A stretch of DNA of 64,000 nucleotides from an uncultured delta proteobacterium (GTDB lineage: Bacteria > Desulfobacterota > Binatia > UBA9968). Location of the stretch: NCBI GenBank assembly GCA_963727625.1, contig CAVSHR010000005.1:896001-960000 (forward strand), given 5' to 3'. Both the position numbers and the translations under genes were made by a program. Within the stretch, counting starts at the first letter, position 1, and every line of letters begins with the position of its first letter. This document shows, piece by piece, positions 48,676 to 59,326 of the stretch. The notes below the pieces were generated by a model that made no database searches, was not told where the DNA came from, and was given only the letters and a program-made list of their open reading frames with translations.

Positions 48676-50406
48676 GTGGAACTCACCAGGCCGGCGATTT
48701 TAAGAACCGTACCGTTTCCAAGGATCTCTTGGAAATGGCTGCCGATGACGATGCTTGCCGGAGTGTTAATCGCTATCCTGGCCTATCCGTTGATGCTGCT
48801 CTTCATCAAAAGCTTTGCCGTGAGCCGCCCCGGGCAGCCGGTCATCTGGGGCTGGGACGGCTGGTTGGCGGCGTTCACCGACGTCAATCTTGCTGTTGCC
48901 ATTGGCAACACGTTTTACCTCGCCCTCGTCCGCGTCGCCATCAGCAGCGCCCTGGCGATTTTCTTCGCCTGGGTGGTGACCCGCACCGATACACCCTTCA
49001 AAGGATTCATCGAAGTCGCGCTCTGGCTCGGGTTCTTTCTGCCGCTGCTGCCCATGACCATGGGCTGGATTCTGCTCCTGGACCCCTACTATGGTTTGAT
49101 CAATAAATTTTTGATGTCCAGCTTCGCGATTTCGGCGCCGCTCTTCGACATCTACTCCTACTGGGGCATTATCTGGTGCCATCTCGCCTTCAGTACGTCG
49201 GTTCGATTTCTCTTGATGACGCCCGCGTTTACCGCCATGGACGCGGCGCTTGAAGATGCCGCGCGCACTTCGGGTAGCAGCAATTTGGGCGTTTTGATGC
49301 GCATCACCATTCCGATCCTGGCGCCGGCGATTCTCGCGTCGACAGCACTCGGCTTTATCCGCAGCCTGGAGTCGCTGGAGATCGAAATGGTAATAGGCAT
49401 CCCCGCCGGCATCTACGTCGTGCCGACCAAGATCTGGGATTACATCCATTGGGAACCGCCGCTCTACGACCGCGCCACCGCGCTCTGCAGCATCTTTTTA
49501 ATCTTCATCTTCTTTCTGATTTGGCTGCATCGAACTTACCTGCGCGGCCGGGAATTCACCACCGTGACCGGGCGCAGCTACATGGTTCGGACTTTTTCCC
49601 TCGGACGGTGGCGTTGGGCAACCTCGGCTTTCTGCCTGCTGTTTATCTTCGTCATGATCATTCTGCCGCTGGCGACTCTAATCATGGGCACGTTCATGGA
49701 ATTCTTCGGCAACTTCGACGTCGATCATACCTGGACATTGCGCCACTGGATCTCCGTTTTCACCGACCCGGTGTTCCTGCGCGCGCTGAAAAACACTCTG
49801 ATCCTTGGCCTCGGCGCGGCCGCCGTGGGCACACTGCTTTATGCCCTGACCAGTTATCTAATCGTGCGTACACGGCTTGCCGGTCGCACCGTCATAGACA
49901 TTCTCTCGTGGCTGCCCTGGGCGTTGCCAGGAGTGTTGATCAGCCTCGCTTTGTTATGGGCCGTGCTGGGCTCGGGCGATTATGTGAAATTAATTTATGG
50001 CACGGTGACGGTTTTGGTCCTGGCGATTATTATCAAGGAGATGCCGCTCGGCACGCAAATCATCAAGGCCGGCGTACTGCAGATCAGCAACGAGCTGGAG
50101 GAAGCCTCCAGCGCCTCCGGCGCCAATTGGTTGGCCGGTTTTCGCCGTATTCTGCTGCCCTTGCTGAAGCCGACCCTGATGGCCGTGGCGATCATCGTTT
50201 TTATCTCGGCGGCGCGCGATATCCCCACGGTCATATTTTTGTCGACGCACAACACCCGCACGCTGTCCCTGCTGATGCTCGATTACATCGCCGACGCCAA
50301 CAAGGAAAAGGCCGCCGTACTCGGCGTATTTCTCGTCCTGCTCATTTTCGTGTTGTTGGTGATCGGGAGGTTGTTGGGATTTCGCCGATCATCGGTGCAA
50401 TCATGA
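48676..50406 (+). CDS. ABC transporter permease (FbpB/ThiP-type)
   Basis: Multiple TM segments; MDAALEDAA..SG and ELEEAS..SGA. Confidence 0.92.
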   Translation: MELTRPAILRTVPFPRISWKWLPMTMLAGVLIAILAYPLMLLFIKSFAVSRPGQPVIWGWDGWLAAFTDVNLAVAIGNTFYLALVRVAISSALAIFFAWVVTRTDTPFKGFIEVALWLGFFLPLLPMTMGWILLLDPYYGLINKFLMSSFAISAPLFDIYSYWGIIWCHLAFSTSVRFLLMTPAFTAMDAALEDAARTSGSSNLGVLMRITIPILAPAILASTALGFIRSLESLEIEMVIGIPAGIYVVPTKIWDYIHWEPPLYDRATALCSIFLIFIFFLIWLHRTYLRGREFTTVTGRSYMVRTFSLGRWRWATSAFCLLFIFVMIILPLATLIMGTFMEFFGNFDVDHTWTLRHWISVFTDPVFLRALKNTLILGLGAAAVGTLLYALTSYLIVRTRLAGRTVIDILSWLPWALPGVLISLALLWAVLGSGDYVKLIYGTVTVLVLAIIIKEMPLGTQIIKAGVLQISNELEEASSASGANWLAGFRRILLPLLKPTLMAVAIIVFISAARDIPTVIFLSTHNTRTLSLLMLDYIADANKEKAAVLGVFLVLLIFVLLVIGRLLGFRRSSVQS

Positions 50407-50462
50407 ATCATCGCAAAGAATTAAGTTGATCGCAGCTATGCCCGCTGGGCAAGGAGGAAACC

Positions 50463-51593
50463 ATGAAAACAGTGTTCACCAGATTCAAGACGGCCGCCTC
50501 TCCGGCGGCGTTGCTGATCCTCGCTCTCATCTATGCGCCGGTCGCAGCGGCACAGAGCGACGCCGGATGGCAGAAGAAATGGGATGACACACGCGCTAAG
50601 GCGAAATCAGAAGGGAAAGTAGTTGTACTGGGCCCGCCGGGGGATCAGATTCGCGAGGCCATCACCAAGGGGTTCTCCAAAGCTTTTCCCGACATCACCA
50701 TCGAGTTTTCCGGAGCCCGCGGCGGCGAGTTGGCGACGCGCATCAAGGCCGAGCGCGACGCCAGCATTTATAGCGCCGACATCTTGATCAACGGCACTAG
50801 CACGGCCAACTCGTATTTCAAACCGATGAAGTCGCTCGATCCGATCGAGCCGGCGCTGATATTACCCGAGGTGATCGATCCGAAAAACTGGCGCGACAAT
50901 CGGCTTGAATTTTCCGATCGCTCGACCCATCTCGATTTGGTCTTCTCCACCCAAAATAACGTGCCGGTGATTTACAATCCCAAGCAGGTCAAAGCCGAGG
51001 AAGTCGACGAGCTGTATAAGCTGCTCGACCCAAAATGGAAGGGGAAGATCGCCGTCCAGGATCCGATTCCGTCGGGCACCGGTAACGGGGTTTTTCGCTG
51101 GTTGTGGCATGTCCTGGGACCGGAAAAGGCGAAAGATTACTATCGCAAGATGCGCGCGCAAGCGGCTGCCGTCGACCGCGACCAGCGCCGCCAGATCGAG
51201 TGGGTGGCTCAGGGTAAATTTCCGTTGAACTTTGGCCCCGGCACGGTCATGTATCAACTGCAAAAACGCGGGTTAAAATTTGGCGTGATTTCTTCCTTCA
51301 AGGATTACGGCGCTTATCTGACACCGGGGTTCGGCAGCTTAATGTTCTTGAACAAGTCTCCTCACCCCAATGCCGGAAAGGTTTTTATAAACTGGCTGCT
51401 CACCAAGGAGGGCCAGACGGTTTTCAGCAAGGGAATGGGTTACGTGAGCCGGCGCATCGACGTGTCGACGGATCATGTGCCGCCTTACTGGGTACCCAAG
51501 AAGGGCGTCAAGTACTGGCCCGGCTATTACGAGGAAGACGCCAAGATGTCTCCCGAGCAGGTGAAGTTCCTCAAGTCGATTTACGGCCGCTAA
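50463..51593 (+). CDS. ABC transporter solute-binding protein
   Basis: Signal peptide; AKSEGKVVV, DPKWKGKI, PHPNAGKVFINWLL; RBS AAGGAGG. Confidence 0.9.
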   Translation: MKTVFTRFKTAASPAALLILALIYAPVAAAQSDAGWQKKWDDTRAKAKSEGKVVVLGPPGDQIREAITKGFSKAFPDITIEFSGARGGELATRIKAERDASIYSADILINGTSTANSYFKPMKSLDPIEPALILPEVIDPKNWRDNRLEFSDRSTHLDLVFSTQNNVPVIYNPKQVKAEEVDELYKLLDPKWKGKIAVQDPIPSGTGNGVFRWLWHVLGPEKAKDYYRKMRAQAAAVDRDQRRQIEWVAQGKFPLNFGPGTVMYQLQKRGLKFGVISSFKDYGAYLTPGFGSLMFLNKSPHPNAGKVFINWLLTKEGQTVFSKGMGYVSRRIDVSTDHVPPYWVPKKGVKYWPGYYEEDAKMSPEQVKFLKSIYGR

Positions 51594-51765
51594 ACCATAG
51601 GAATCGGAGAGCGAGGCGAAAATCTTTTCAGCTTCGCTCTCCGATTTTCACACCCCTCACTCAACGATGCGCCGGGCTTCAACGGACGCACTGAAAGACG
51701 CCTGAATCGGATTTGACCGCGCCTGGCGTGAATCGACAAGCTATCAGAGTGTTGCGAAAAACTCT

Positions 51766-52554
51766 TTACCGGATTCGTTTGGCTGCCGCTCTGAGTTGAC
51801 GCAATATTTCTCGGCCGATGCGCTCGTCGTCGGTCAGCACCGGCGCTTTCCCCAAAGATTGGACGTAATAGGCCAGCAGCCAGATTTTCTCCTCGGGCAA
51901 GACTTGATGGAAGGACGGCATCGTCGTTCCATCGAGGCCGGTCAAAATAGTGCGGACGATATCTATTGCACTGGCGCCGCTCTTGAGCGGTCGGCGCGTG
52001 AGATCCGCCGGTTTGACGGATAACTTGGACGCCGATGGACCGTCGCCGCGAGCGCGTGCGCCGTGGCATTCGATGCAGCCGCTTTCTTGATAAATTTTAC
52101 GGCCCGCCGAGAGTGCACTTTTGTTGTTCGCGGGCGGTGACGGGATCGGCAAGGGCTTGGGACTCGATTTTTTTGCAAACTTGCTCGATAGCGTCTTGAT
52201 GAAGTCGACCAGCGAACGAATTTCCGATTCACCTAAATCCCTTTGGCCCACCATCGCGGTGCTCGGGATGCCGAATGAGATTGTCCGGATCAGGTCATCA
52301 TCGGTCGGCGGCTGGCTCGATTCGGTGGAGCGAAATTTATAGACGCCCAGGGTAAGATCGCGCGGCGCTGTTTTCAGCCGACTCGCGGCGGCGCCCTTGC
52401 CATCGCCGCGCTCGCCGTGACAAATTGCGCAATTAACGGCAAAAAGCCGGCGCCCCGCTTGAACCGAGTCAAGCGCAGACGCCGGATCCGAAATCGCAAG
52501 AACGAGAAATATAGCGATCGCGATCGCAGCGGCGAATCGGCAAGGCTCGATCAC
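51766..52554 (-). CDS. Diheme c-type cytochrome
   Basis: Signal peptide; CAICH and CIECH; PRDLT.G.YKFRST, GTTMP. Confidence 0.9.
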   Translation of the reverse strand: MIEPCRFAAAIAIAIFLVLAISDPASALDSVQAGRRLFAVNCAICHGERGDGKGAAASRLKTAPRDLTLGVYKFRSTESSQPPTDDDLIRTISFGIPSTAMVGQRDLGESEIRSLVDFIKTLSSKFAKKSSPKPLPIPSPPANNKSALSAGRKIYQESGCIECHGARARGDGPSASKLSVKPADLTRRPLKSGASAIDIVRTILTGLDGTTMPSFHQVLPEEKIWLLAYYVQSLGKAPVLTDDERIGREILRQLRAAAKRIR

Positions 52555-52560
52555 TAATAT

Positions 52561-52923
52561 TCAGGGCAAGACCACCAATTGACCGGCAACGTGGGGCGGA
52601 TGGAGCTGGCATTTGATCGGGAAAATTCCCGCCTTATTGGCTTTGAAAGTCACCGTCGCGGTTTTCTTCGGACCAACCACCTCTTTGACTTTCACGGCGT
52701 CGATCTCGTAACCATGCTCCGCGTCGAGTTTATTGACGAGGGTCAGCGTCACCGTGTCGCCCCGTTTGGCGGTTATCGACTCCGGCGTCCAAATTTTTAC
52801 ACCCTGCCCCGTTTCGACGTTGACGATGGTCATCTTGATTTCACCGGCCTGGGAGTCGGTCGAAGTTACCAAACTCATGCCGCCAAGCAAAATCGCCAAA
52901 ACAATAATCTTGATTAATTTCAT
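52561..52923 (-). CDS. Cupredoxin, nitrosocyanin-like
   Basis: Signal peptide; PESI..KRGD.V, HG(Y)EIDA, F.A.KAG.F.I.CQLHPPHVAG.L.V. Confidence 0.8.
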   Translation of the reverse strand: MKLIKIIVLAILLGGMSLVTSTDSQAGEIKMTIVNVETGQGVKIWTPESITAKRGDTVTLTLVNKLDAEHGYEIDAVKVKEVVGPKKTATVTFKANKAGIFPIKCQLHPPHVAGQLVVLP

Positions 52924-53154
52924 TCCTGCTATTCCTCCATGACTAAACGTAATCGATGTTTAACGGTTATTTCTCGAGGAGGCAAATGACCTCGAAGGGC
53001 GCCGGTTTAACTCACGGCGTCCTTCGCGCGACATTCGGCTCGAACCGGACAACCGGAGCCATCGTGCGCTAGGACTATACCCTGTGCCCGGTGTAGCGCG
53101 CTCTTAACGCGATCTCAGCTAAAGTGCCGCCCGAAGCGCGGAGGTTTATCGGAA

Positions 53155-54522
53155 TCATGCCGGGCGCCGCAACATACTGCCGATCGACGAGACGTCGTCA
53201 ACCTTTTCCAGATCATTCACCGTCTCGACCAAACGCTCCAGTTGCCGCTGGGATAGTATCCCGCGGGTGAGTTTGCGCGCCTTGTCCTCCACATCTAGCC
53301 GGCTCATCGGATTGCGCGGGGTGCCTTTGAAATGGATGACCAATTTGGCTAGCCGCCGCTTGCCGGCCAGCTCGACGGTCACGCGCGCGGCCCGGTCCCA
53401 ACCCTTTTCTTCAATCTCCTGATCTACTTTAAGCCGCACCTTACGCATCATCGTGAGAATTTTCTTGTCCCTGAGTCTCGCTTCACTGAACGACTCCGGA
53501 TCCGTCGGATCATGGTAGAGACTGAGCGCAATGCAAAACGGAATACTGTACTGCGCCATCATCAAATCCTTGGGTCGATAGATGGCGTGATGGGTCACCA
53601 GTTTTTCGATGCCGGCGACGACGACCTGACGAACTTCCACCGGCTCAAATCCAACTTCGGCGCGCAACTCTTGCAGAGCCTCGATCGGCGCGTGCGCGTT
53701 GATATGGCAGGCGCAGCGTTTGATGCCGATGTTCATGGTCTCGAACTCGCGGCCCAGACGGTGGGTGAGATAGGAAAGCTTGGGCGAATCGGAAAAGGTC
53801 CGGCAAAATCCGAATTTGCCTTCGAGGATGCTCTCCGGTCCCGCGAAGCCTCGGCTCGCGAGCAGCGCGGCGGTAACTCCGCCTTCGCCGGCCTTGCCGA
53901 GATGCAGCCGCTTGATCATCGCGCCCTCCTGGCAGCGGGAGAATTCGATAAGGCCGCCGGAGTAGGAACCGGCGATGCCGAGAGCGTTGACCATCTTGCG
54001 CTGATTCAAACCGAGCAGCCGGCCGGCGGCGATCGCCGCGCCGAAAGTACCGGTCAATCCCGGCGCGTGAAACCCCCTTCGCTCCAGTGAATTTCCGGCC
54101 GCGACGCCGATGCGCGACATGACTTCGCACGCGGCGACGAAGGCGGCCAGCAAGGCTTTGCCATCGGCATTCTTTTCTTCCGCCATGGCGAAGGCGGGAA
54201 GAAAGGCGGTGGCTCCGGGATGAACCCCCGCGCCGGGCTGGCGCACGTTGTCGAGCTCGAAAGCGTGGGCCATGACGCCGTTCGCCAGAGTTGCTTGGGC
54301 CGGCGCCGCCAAAAAGTTTTCACCCAAGACCGTGGCGCCGCCGCGCCCACCCGAGTCGCGAATGAAAGCGCTGACCGTGCGGCTCCACGGCTTGGTCGAG
54401 CCATAGAGCACGACTGCCAGGGTATCGAGAATGCAAGCCTTGGAGCGTGCGATGACCTCCTTGGGGATTTGTCTGTAACTCAAATCGACGGCGAAGCGAG
54501 CGAGGCGTTGCGTGGGGTTCAT
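53155..54522 (-). CDS. MmgE/PrpD family protein
   Basis: ILDTL, ANG..AHAFELD, HPG, RGFH, KRLHLG, GKFGF, KGTP.NPM. Confidence 0.92.
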   Translation of the reverse strand: MNPTQRLARFAVDLSYRQIPKEVIARSKACILDTLAVVLYGSTKPWSRTVSAFIRDSGGRGGATVLGENFLAAPAQATLANGVMAHAFELDNVRQPGAGVHPGATAFLPAFAMAEEKNADGKALLAAFVAACEVMSRIGVAAGNSLERRGFHAPGLTGTFGAAIAAGRLLGLNQRKMVNALGIAGSYSGGLIEFSRCQEGAMIKRLHLGKAGEGGVTAALLASRGFAGPESILEGKFGFCRTFSDSPKLSYLTHRLGREFETMNIGIKRCACHINAHAPIEALQELRAEVGFEPVEVRQVVVAGIEKLVTHHAIYRPKDLMMAQYSIPFCIALSLYHDPTDPESFSEARLRDKKILTMMRKVRLKVDQEIEEKGWDRAARVTVELAGKRRLAKLVIHFKGTPRNPMSRLDVEDKARKLTRGILSQRQLERLVETVNDLEKVDDVSSIGSMLRRPA

Positions 54523-54696
54523 AAGAAAACTATTGATGTTTGCAGATTATAGTGACTAGCTTTTGGCCGAATTCATAAGGGAAAAAGCATTGCGATCCGT
54601 CACAATATTTTACAAACCTCAATAGATCAGGATTTGCGTTGAAGCGCTTCCTTGGAATTAAAGTGCGGCGGCATGGTGAATCTCAGTTGTAACGAT

Positions 54697-54769
54697 TGGA
54701 GTGCGGGAGTGGTGGAGTATTGGAGTGATGCTCCGGAACCCAACACTCCAATAATCCAATACTCCATCA
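54697..54769. repeat. Inverted array of 8-mer GGAGTATT/AATACTCC-type repeats
   Basis: ttggagtgcgggagtggtggagtattggagtgatg...aacactccaataatccaatactccatca; related units at 310-330 and 21821-21830. Confidence 0.65.
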
Positions 54770-55159
54770 CAGCAATTCATTCGGTTTCTTGTACCGCGCC
54801 TTGGGGACGATCTCGGCCACCGTTCCGCCAGGCGCGCGAAACTTGATGGGAATCACACCGGGGTCGCTGATGATCTCGCAGCCGAAGCGTTGCAGTTCGG
54901 CTGCCGACTTCGTCATGTCGTCGACCTCGATGGCAAAGTGATGGATGCACGGCCCCATACCCGAGGCACGCGATTCGGCCGATTCCTCGCTGTTGTATTT
55001 GATCAAAGCCAGGTCGATGGCGCCGTCAGTCAGGTGGCGCGAGGTATGGTCCCGCACCTGGCCGGTCTCGACCTCGACGAATCCGAAACCTTTATGGTAA
55101 AACTCCGTCGCCTTTTCCAGATCGTCGACCTTGAGCGCGATATGAACGATACGCGACAT
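54767..55159 (-). CDS. VOC/glyoxalase family protein
   Basis: HIALKVDDLEKA..FY, LTDG.IDLAL, IHHFAIEVDD. Confidence 0.88.
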   Translation of the reverse strand: MSRIVHIALKVDDLEKATEFYHKGFGFVEVETGQVRDHTSRHLTDGAIDLALIKYNSEESAESRASGMGPCIHHFAIEVDDMTKSAAELQRFGCEIISDPGVIPIKFRAPGGTVAEIVPKARYKKPNELL

Positions 55160-55238
55160 AATCCCTCCCCATCGGCAGCTTAGCTCTAACATAGTCGCGA
55201 GAAATGATTCAACTCGGCCGCGCTGGAGCTATCCGCCG

Positions 55239-56159
55239 CTAATCCAACTTGGCCAATCTATCGGCCGCGGCCGCAAGCGTCTCGTCCTTCTTGCAGACCG
55301 CGAAGCGCGCGAAATGCTTGCCGAGCTGTTTGTCCGATTCCTGATAGAATGGGCTGGCGGGAATACAGGCGACGCCGACTTGGCTGATCAGCCATCGGGC
55401 GAATCGAAAATCGTCTTGAACATGCGCCGGCGCGGCACCGCGCAAGTCGATCATAATGAAATAACTGCCGCTCGGTTTGAAAACCTTGAAACCGGCGTTT
55501 CGTAAAATATTCACCATGCGGTCGCGTCTAGCTTGGTAATCGCTCTGCAATTGCTCAAAAAATGAAAATGGCAGCTTCAGCGCCGTAGCGGCGGCGGCCT
55601 GCAGCGGCGAAGCTACCGCATAGGTAATAAACTGATGCGCCTGATTGGCTGCGTTCACCAGCGCCGCGGGTCCGCCAGCCCAACCGATTTTCCAGCCGGT
55701 GACGCTGAAGGTCTTGCCCAGGGAACTGATCGTCAGCGTGCGATCCGCCATACCGGGCAGCGTAGCCAGGCGCGTGTGGCTCGCATCGTCGTATAGTATA
55801 TGTTCGTAGACCTCCTCGGTCACTGCGATGACATCGTGCTTCGCGCAAAGCTCGGCGATGATTGGTAGTTCCTCACGGGAAAAAACTTTGCCGGTGGGAT
55901 TGTGCGGCGTGTTGATGAGAATTACGCGGGTGCGACGATTGAAAGCGCGCGCCAGCTCGTCGGGGTCGAACGTCCACTGATCGCCGCGCAACGGCACATA
56001 GCGCGGGACAACGCCGGCCATGAGCAAATTCGGCACGTAGGTGTCGTAGACCGGCTCGAAGACGATCGCTTCATCGCCCGGACCGGCGAGCCCAAGAACC
56101 GCCGCGAAAACCGCTTCGGTCGCGCCGGCGGTCACCAGCACCTCGGCCGGCAGAGCCAT
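55239..56159 (-). pseudogene. Class I/II PLP aminotransferase (YbdL-like), lacking the usual N-terminal region
   Basis: Starts abruptly at EVLVTAGATEA; NTPHNPTG, EEVYEH, SLGKTFSVTGWKIG present; no upstream INLGQG-type segment in the 65-bp gap. Confidence 0.75.
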
Positions 56160-56224
56160 GCCTAAATTCTAGGCTGGACATTTACACGCTCTTTCAATAT
56201 CAAAGGCTGGAGGGAGACAAAATC

Positions 56225-57721
56225 ATGGCTCAATCGACTGATTTCAACGTTGTCGAAGCGACCATCGACGACATCCACAGCGCTTACAAATCGGGCCGGC
56301 TCACTTGCCGGAAAGTAGTGCAAATGTATCTCGATCGCATCGAGGCCTTCGACAAAAAGGGGCCGGCGATCACTGCGATCATCACCGTCAACCCCGAGGC
56401 GCTCCAAGATGCCGATCGTCTCGATGCCGCAGACAAATCGTCCGGACCGGTCGGACCGCTGCACGGCATCCCGGTGATCGTCAAGGATCAGGCCGATGTC
56501 AAAGGCATGCCGACCACGCTGGGTTCGCTGCTGTTTAAAGATTATTTCCCCGACCGCGACTGCTTTGTGGCGGAAAAATTGCGCAAAGCCGGCGCGATCC
56601 TTTTGGGCAAGGCGACCCTCGGCGAGCTAGGCGGCGGCGACACCCATGGTTCGCTGTTCGGTTCGACGCGCAATCCCTACGACACTGCGCGCACGGTCGG
56701 CGGGTCGTCCGGCGGCTCCGCGGCGTCGGTATCGGCGAATTTCTCGACCGTTGCCGTCGGCCAGGAAGGTTTGGCGTCGATCCGCCGTCCATCGACGTGG
56801 AACTGCATCACCGGCATGCGTCCCTCCGCCGGTCTTGTCAGCCGCAGCGGCGTCTATGGCTGCTGGCCGGAAATTTTCGGCTCTTTGGGCCCGATGGCGC
56901 GCACCGTCAAAGATCTATCCACGTTGCTCGATGCCATGGTTGGCTACGACCCGGAAGACCCGATCACCGCGCGCGGCGTCGGCCAAGTTCCGGATAGTTT
57001 CACAAAATTCTTGGACAAAGACGGCCTCAAAGGCGCACGCATCGGGATCCTGCGCGAGGCCATCGGTCTTAATTCCGAACCCGATTCGGAAGACTTCAAA
57101 AAAATTACCGAAGTGTTTGGCCGAGCCGTCGAGGAGCTAAAAAGCGCCGGCGCCGAAATCGTCGATCCGATCGTGATTCCGAAGATCAAAGAGCTGCTCG
57201 CCAAGCGCTCAGGCGGGCCGGGGGATACCGGGCAGTCCTTCAAGAATTATTTCGGACGCAGCGCCAATCCGCCGTTCAAAACACCGCAGGAAGTCGTCGC
57301 CGCGCCCGACTTCGCCAAAGTGGTCAAACATTCCCAGGATCGCTTCAAGAGAAATCCCGATGCGGCAAAGCACTACGAGAGCCTGCGCGCGCAGGATGAG
57401 CTGATGACCAATTTCTTAAAGGTGATGGCCGATCACAGGCTCGACGCCATCGTGCACAAAGCCGTGGAGCACCAGCCGACGCTCATCAGAGACGGCATCG
57501 CTCCGCCCTTCGTCGATCAAAAGGGCGCACCGCACTTAAACACCTTTCTGGTCTACACGCCGACCATCGTCGTGCCGGCCGGTTTCACCCGCGACAATTT
57601 ACCGGCGGGAGTTTGCTTCATCGGCCGTCCCTATGACGACGGCCAATTGATCAAGTTTGCGTACGCCTACGAACAGGCCACGCATCATCGCCGGCCGCCT
57701 GCGAGCACGACGGCGCTGTAA
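56225..57721 (+). CDS. Amidase signature family protein
   Basis: GPLHGIPVIVKD, GGSSGGS, SIRRP, GPMARTV. Confidence 0.92.
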   Translation: MAQSTDFNVVEATIDDIHSAYKSGRLTCRKVVQMYLDRIEAFDKKGPAITAIITVNPEALQDADRLDAADKSSGPVGPLHGIPVIVKDQADVKGMPTTLGSLLFKDYFPDRDCFVAEKLRKAGAILLGKATLGELGGGDTHGSLFGSTRNPYDTARTVGGSSGGSAASVSANFSTVAVGQEGLASIRRPSTWNCITGMRPSAGLVSRSGVYGCWPEIFGSLGPMARTVKDLSTLLDAMVGYDPEDPITARGVGQVPDSFTKFLDKDGLKGARIGILREAIGLNSEPDSEDFKKITEVFGRAVEELKSAGAEIVDPIVIPKIKELLAKRSGGPGDTGQSFKNYFGRSANPPFKTPQEVVAAPDFAKVVKHSQDRFKRNPDAAKHYESLRAQDELMTNFLKVMADHRLDAIVHKAVEHQPTLIRDGIAPPFVDQKGAPHLNTFLVYTPTIVVPAGFTRDNLPAGVCFIGRPYDDGQLIKFAYAYEQATHHRRPPASTTAL

Positions 57722-57918
57722 ATTCAGCGACAAGCGGCAACATTAGTTGATCGACTTCGGCCTATCGAATCTCACGTGACAGTAACAAAACCGGGAACGT
57801 AGTTAGAACGGGCGTGAGCTAAGACTTACCCAACGAACGAGGGCCAAGCAGCTGGGAAGTGAACTGACGGCGCTCACAAGATCGGAAAGGAAAGTGAGAG
57901 GCCTAGAATTTTGCTAAA

Positions 57919-59319
57919 CTAGAGCGACCGCAGAAAGTTTAGCAAGTCCTGCTTGTCATTCTCGCCGAGCGCAGCGAAGTTGTCGATGACTGCGTTGGCT
58001 TCCGACCCGTTGCGCCCGTTGCCGCTGCGGTGCAGACGGATCGCTTCGAGCAAGTCGGTGGTTCGCCCATCGTGAAGAAAGAAAATGCGTTGGCCCAGGC
58101 CCCAGAGCGGCGCGGTGCGAAAATCTCTCGGTCCCGCCTGTCCTTGGCTAACACCGTCTTCCAGTCCAGGCCCCATATCGTGGAGCAAGAGGTCGGAATA
58201 GAGATCGACGGGCTTGTTCCGCAGCGCCGCCACCGTCGCGTTGCCGGTATAGAGCTTGGGCGTGTGGCAGGCCGCGCAGCCGATTTGACCGAACAGGACC
58301 CGCCCCCGGGCGATGGAGTCGCTTCCACCCGGCGCGCTCGCCGACGGTTTCGGCGGGGCCAGGAAGCGCATGAAGAAGGCGAACTTCTCGATGCCGCCCA
58401 TCATATCTTCGTGTGTCATAGCGTCGGTATTGGTGCTGTCGTTGGGGGTCGTCGCAAACTGGCAGTCCGGCGCCTCGTCCCGCTCGCTCGGAAACATCTC
58501 GTTGCTGATGCCCATCTCGACGTTGTAGGCTTCGGCGGCAAAGAGCATCAAGGATTTGTTCTGCGCCTTCCAACCGAAACGGGCGACGGTTCCGTCGTTT
58601 GTACTGGTGTTGGCGATGCCCGATACCGGCTTACCTTGGATTCCGCCGAAGCGAACGAAACCGGCCCGGCCGCGGATGCCTAGCACCGTCTTTTTTTCCT
58701 GATCGGCTGCCTTATTGGCGAGGATCGCGCTGTCGGGAATCTGCTCGATGAGCCCGGCACCGAATAGCGGGGTGGGAATCCGCAAGGCAATATTGTTCTT
58801 TGCCAGCTCCAAGTTGAAATCGGGCTGAGTCGACGCGCATCCCGGAGCGTCCGATCGACCGGCGATGGTGAACAGCGCCTGGACTCCACCGTCGGGGTTC
58901 CCATCCGGATATTTGATCAGTCGGGCTTCCCGCACCGGTCCGTTAAGTGTAATGAACGGAGGAATGGCATTGGCAGCGCCGTTCTTTTTGGCGAAGGCCA
59001 CCTGCGGATTGACAAACGGGCTCGCTCCCCCTGGGGCAGGGTAGGAGTGGCAGCCGGCGCAGCTATCGAGATTCATCCTCGGCCCGAGCCCGTCGGTAAC
59101 TCCTTCTTCGCTTTCGAACTCTTCCTTCCCCGCATTGAAAAAAGCGACCTGGGTTAAAGACAACCCATTGATCGGTTCCCCGGCGCTTGGCGCGCCTGAA
59201 CGAACCCCAGGATCTCTGGCTTTGATGGCGCTGGCGGCGGAAGAGTGAAGGGATGAGGAAAGCAGGTAAATGCAGAGAAAGACAACGATTGCGAGCGGGC
59301 CAAGCAAGCTTCGTTTCAT
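57919..59319 (-). CDS. Di-heme oxidoreductase/peroxidase-like (DHOR family) exported protein
   Basis: DGLGP..N..SCAGCH, RFGWKA, GCAACH, SDLLLHDMG, RTAPLWG, LHDGR. Confidence 0.88.
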   Translation of the reverse strand: MKRSLLGPLAIVVFLCIYLLSSSLHSSAASAIKARDPGVRSGAPSAGEPINGLSLTQVAFFNAGKEEFESEEGVTDGLGPRMNLDSCAGCHSYPAPGGASPFVNPQVAFAKKNGAANAIPPFITLNGPVREARLIKYPDGNPDGGVQALFTIAGRSDAPGCASTQPDFNLELAKNNIALRIPTPLFGAGLIEQIPDSAILANKAADQEKKTVLGIRGRAGFVRFGGIQGKPVSGIANTSTNDGTVARFGWKAQNKSLMLFAAEAYNVEMGISNEMFPSERDEAPDCQFATTPNDSTNTDAMTHEDMMGGIEKFAFFMRFLAPPKPSASAPGGSDSIARGRVLFGQIGCAACHTPKLYTGNATVAALRNKPVDLYSDLLLHDMGPGLEDGVSQGQAGPRDFRTAPLWGLGQRIFFLHDGRTTDLLEAIRLHRSGNGRNGSEANAVIDNFAALGENDKQDLLNFLRSL

Positions 59320-59326
59320 ATAATAC

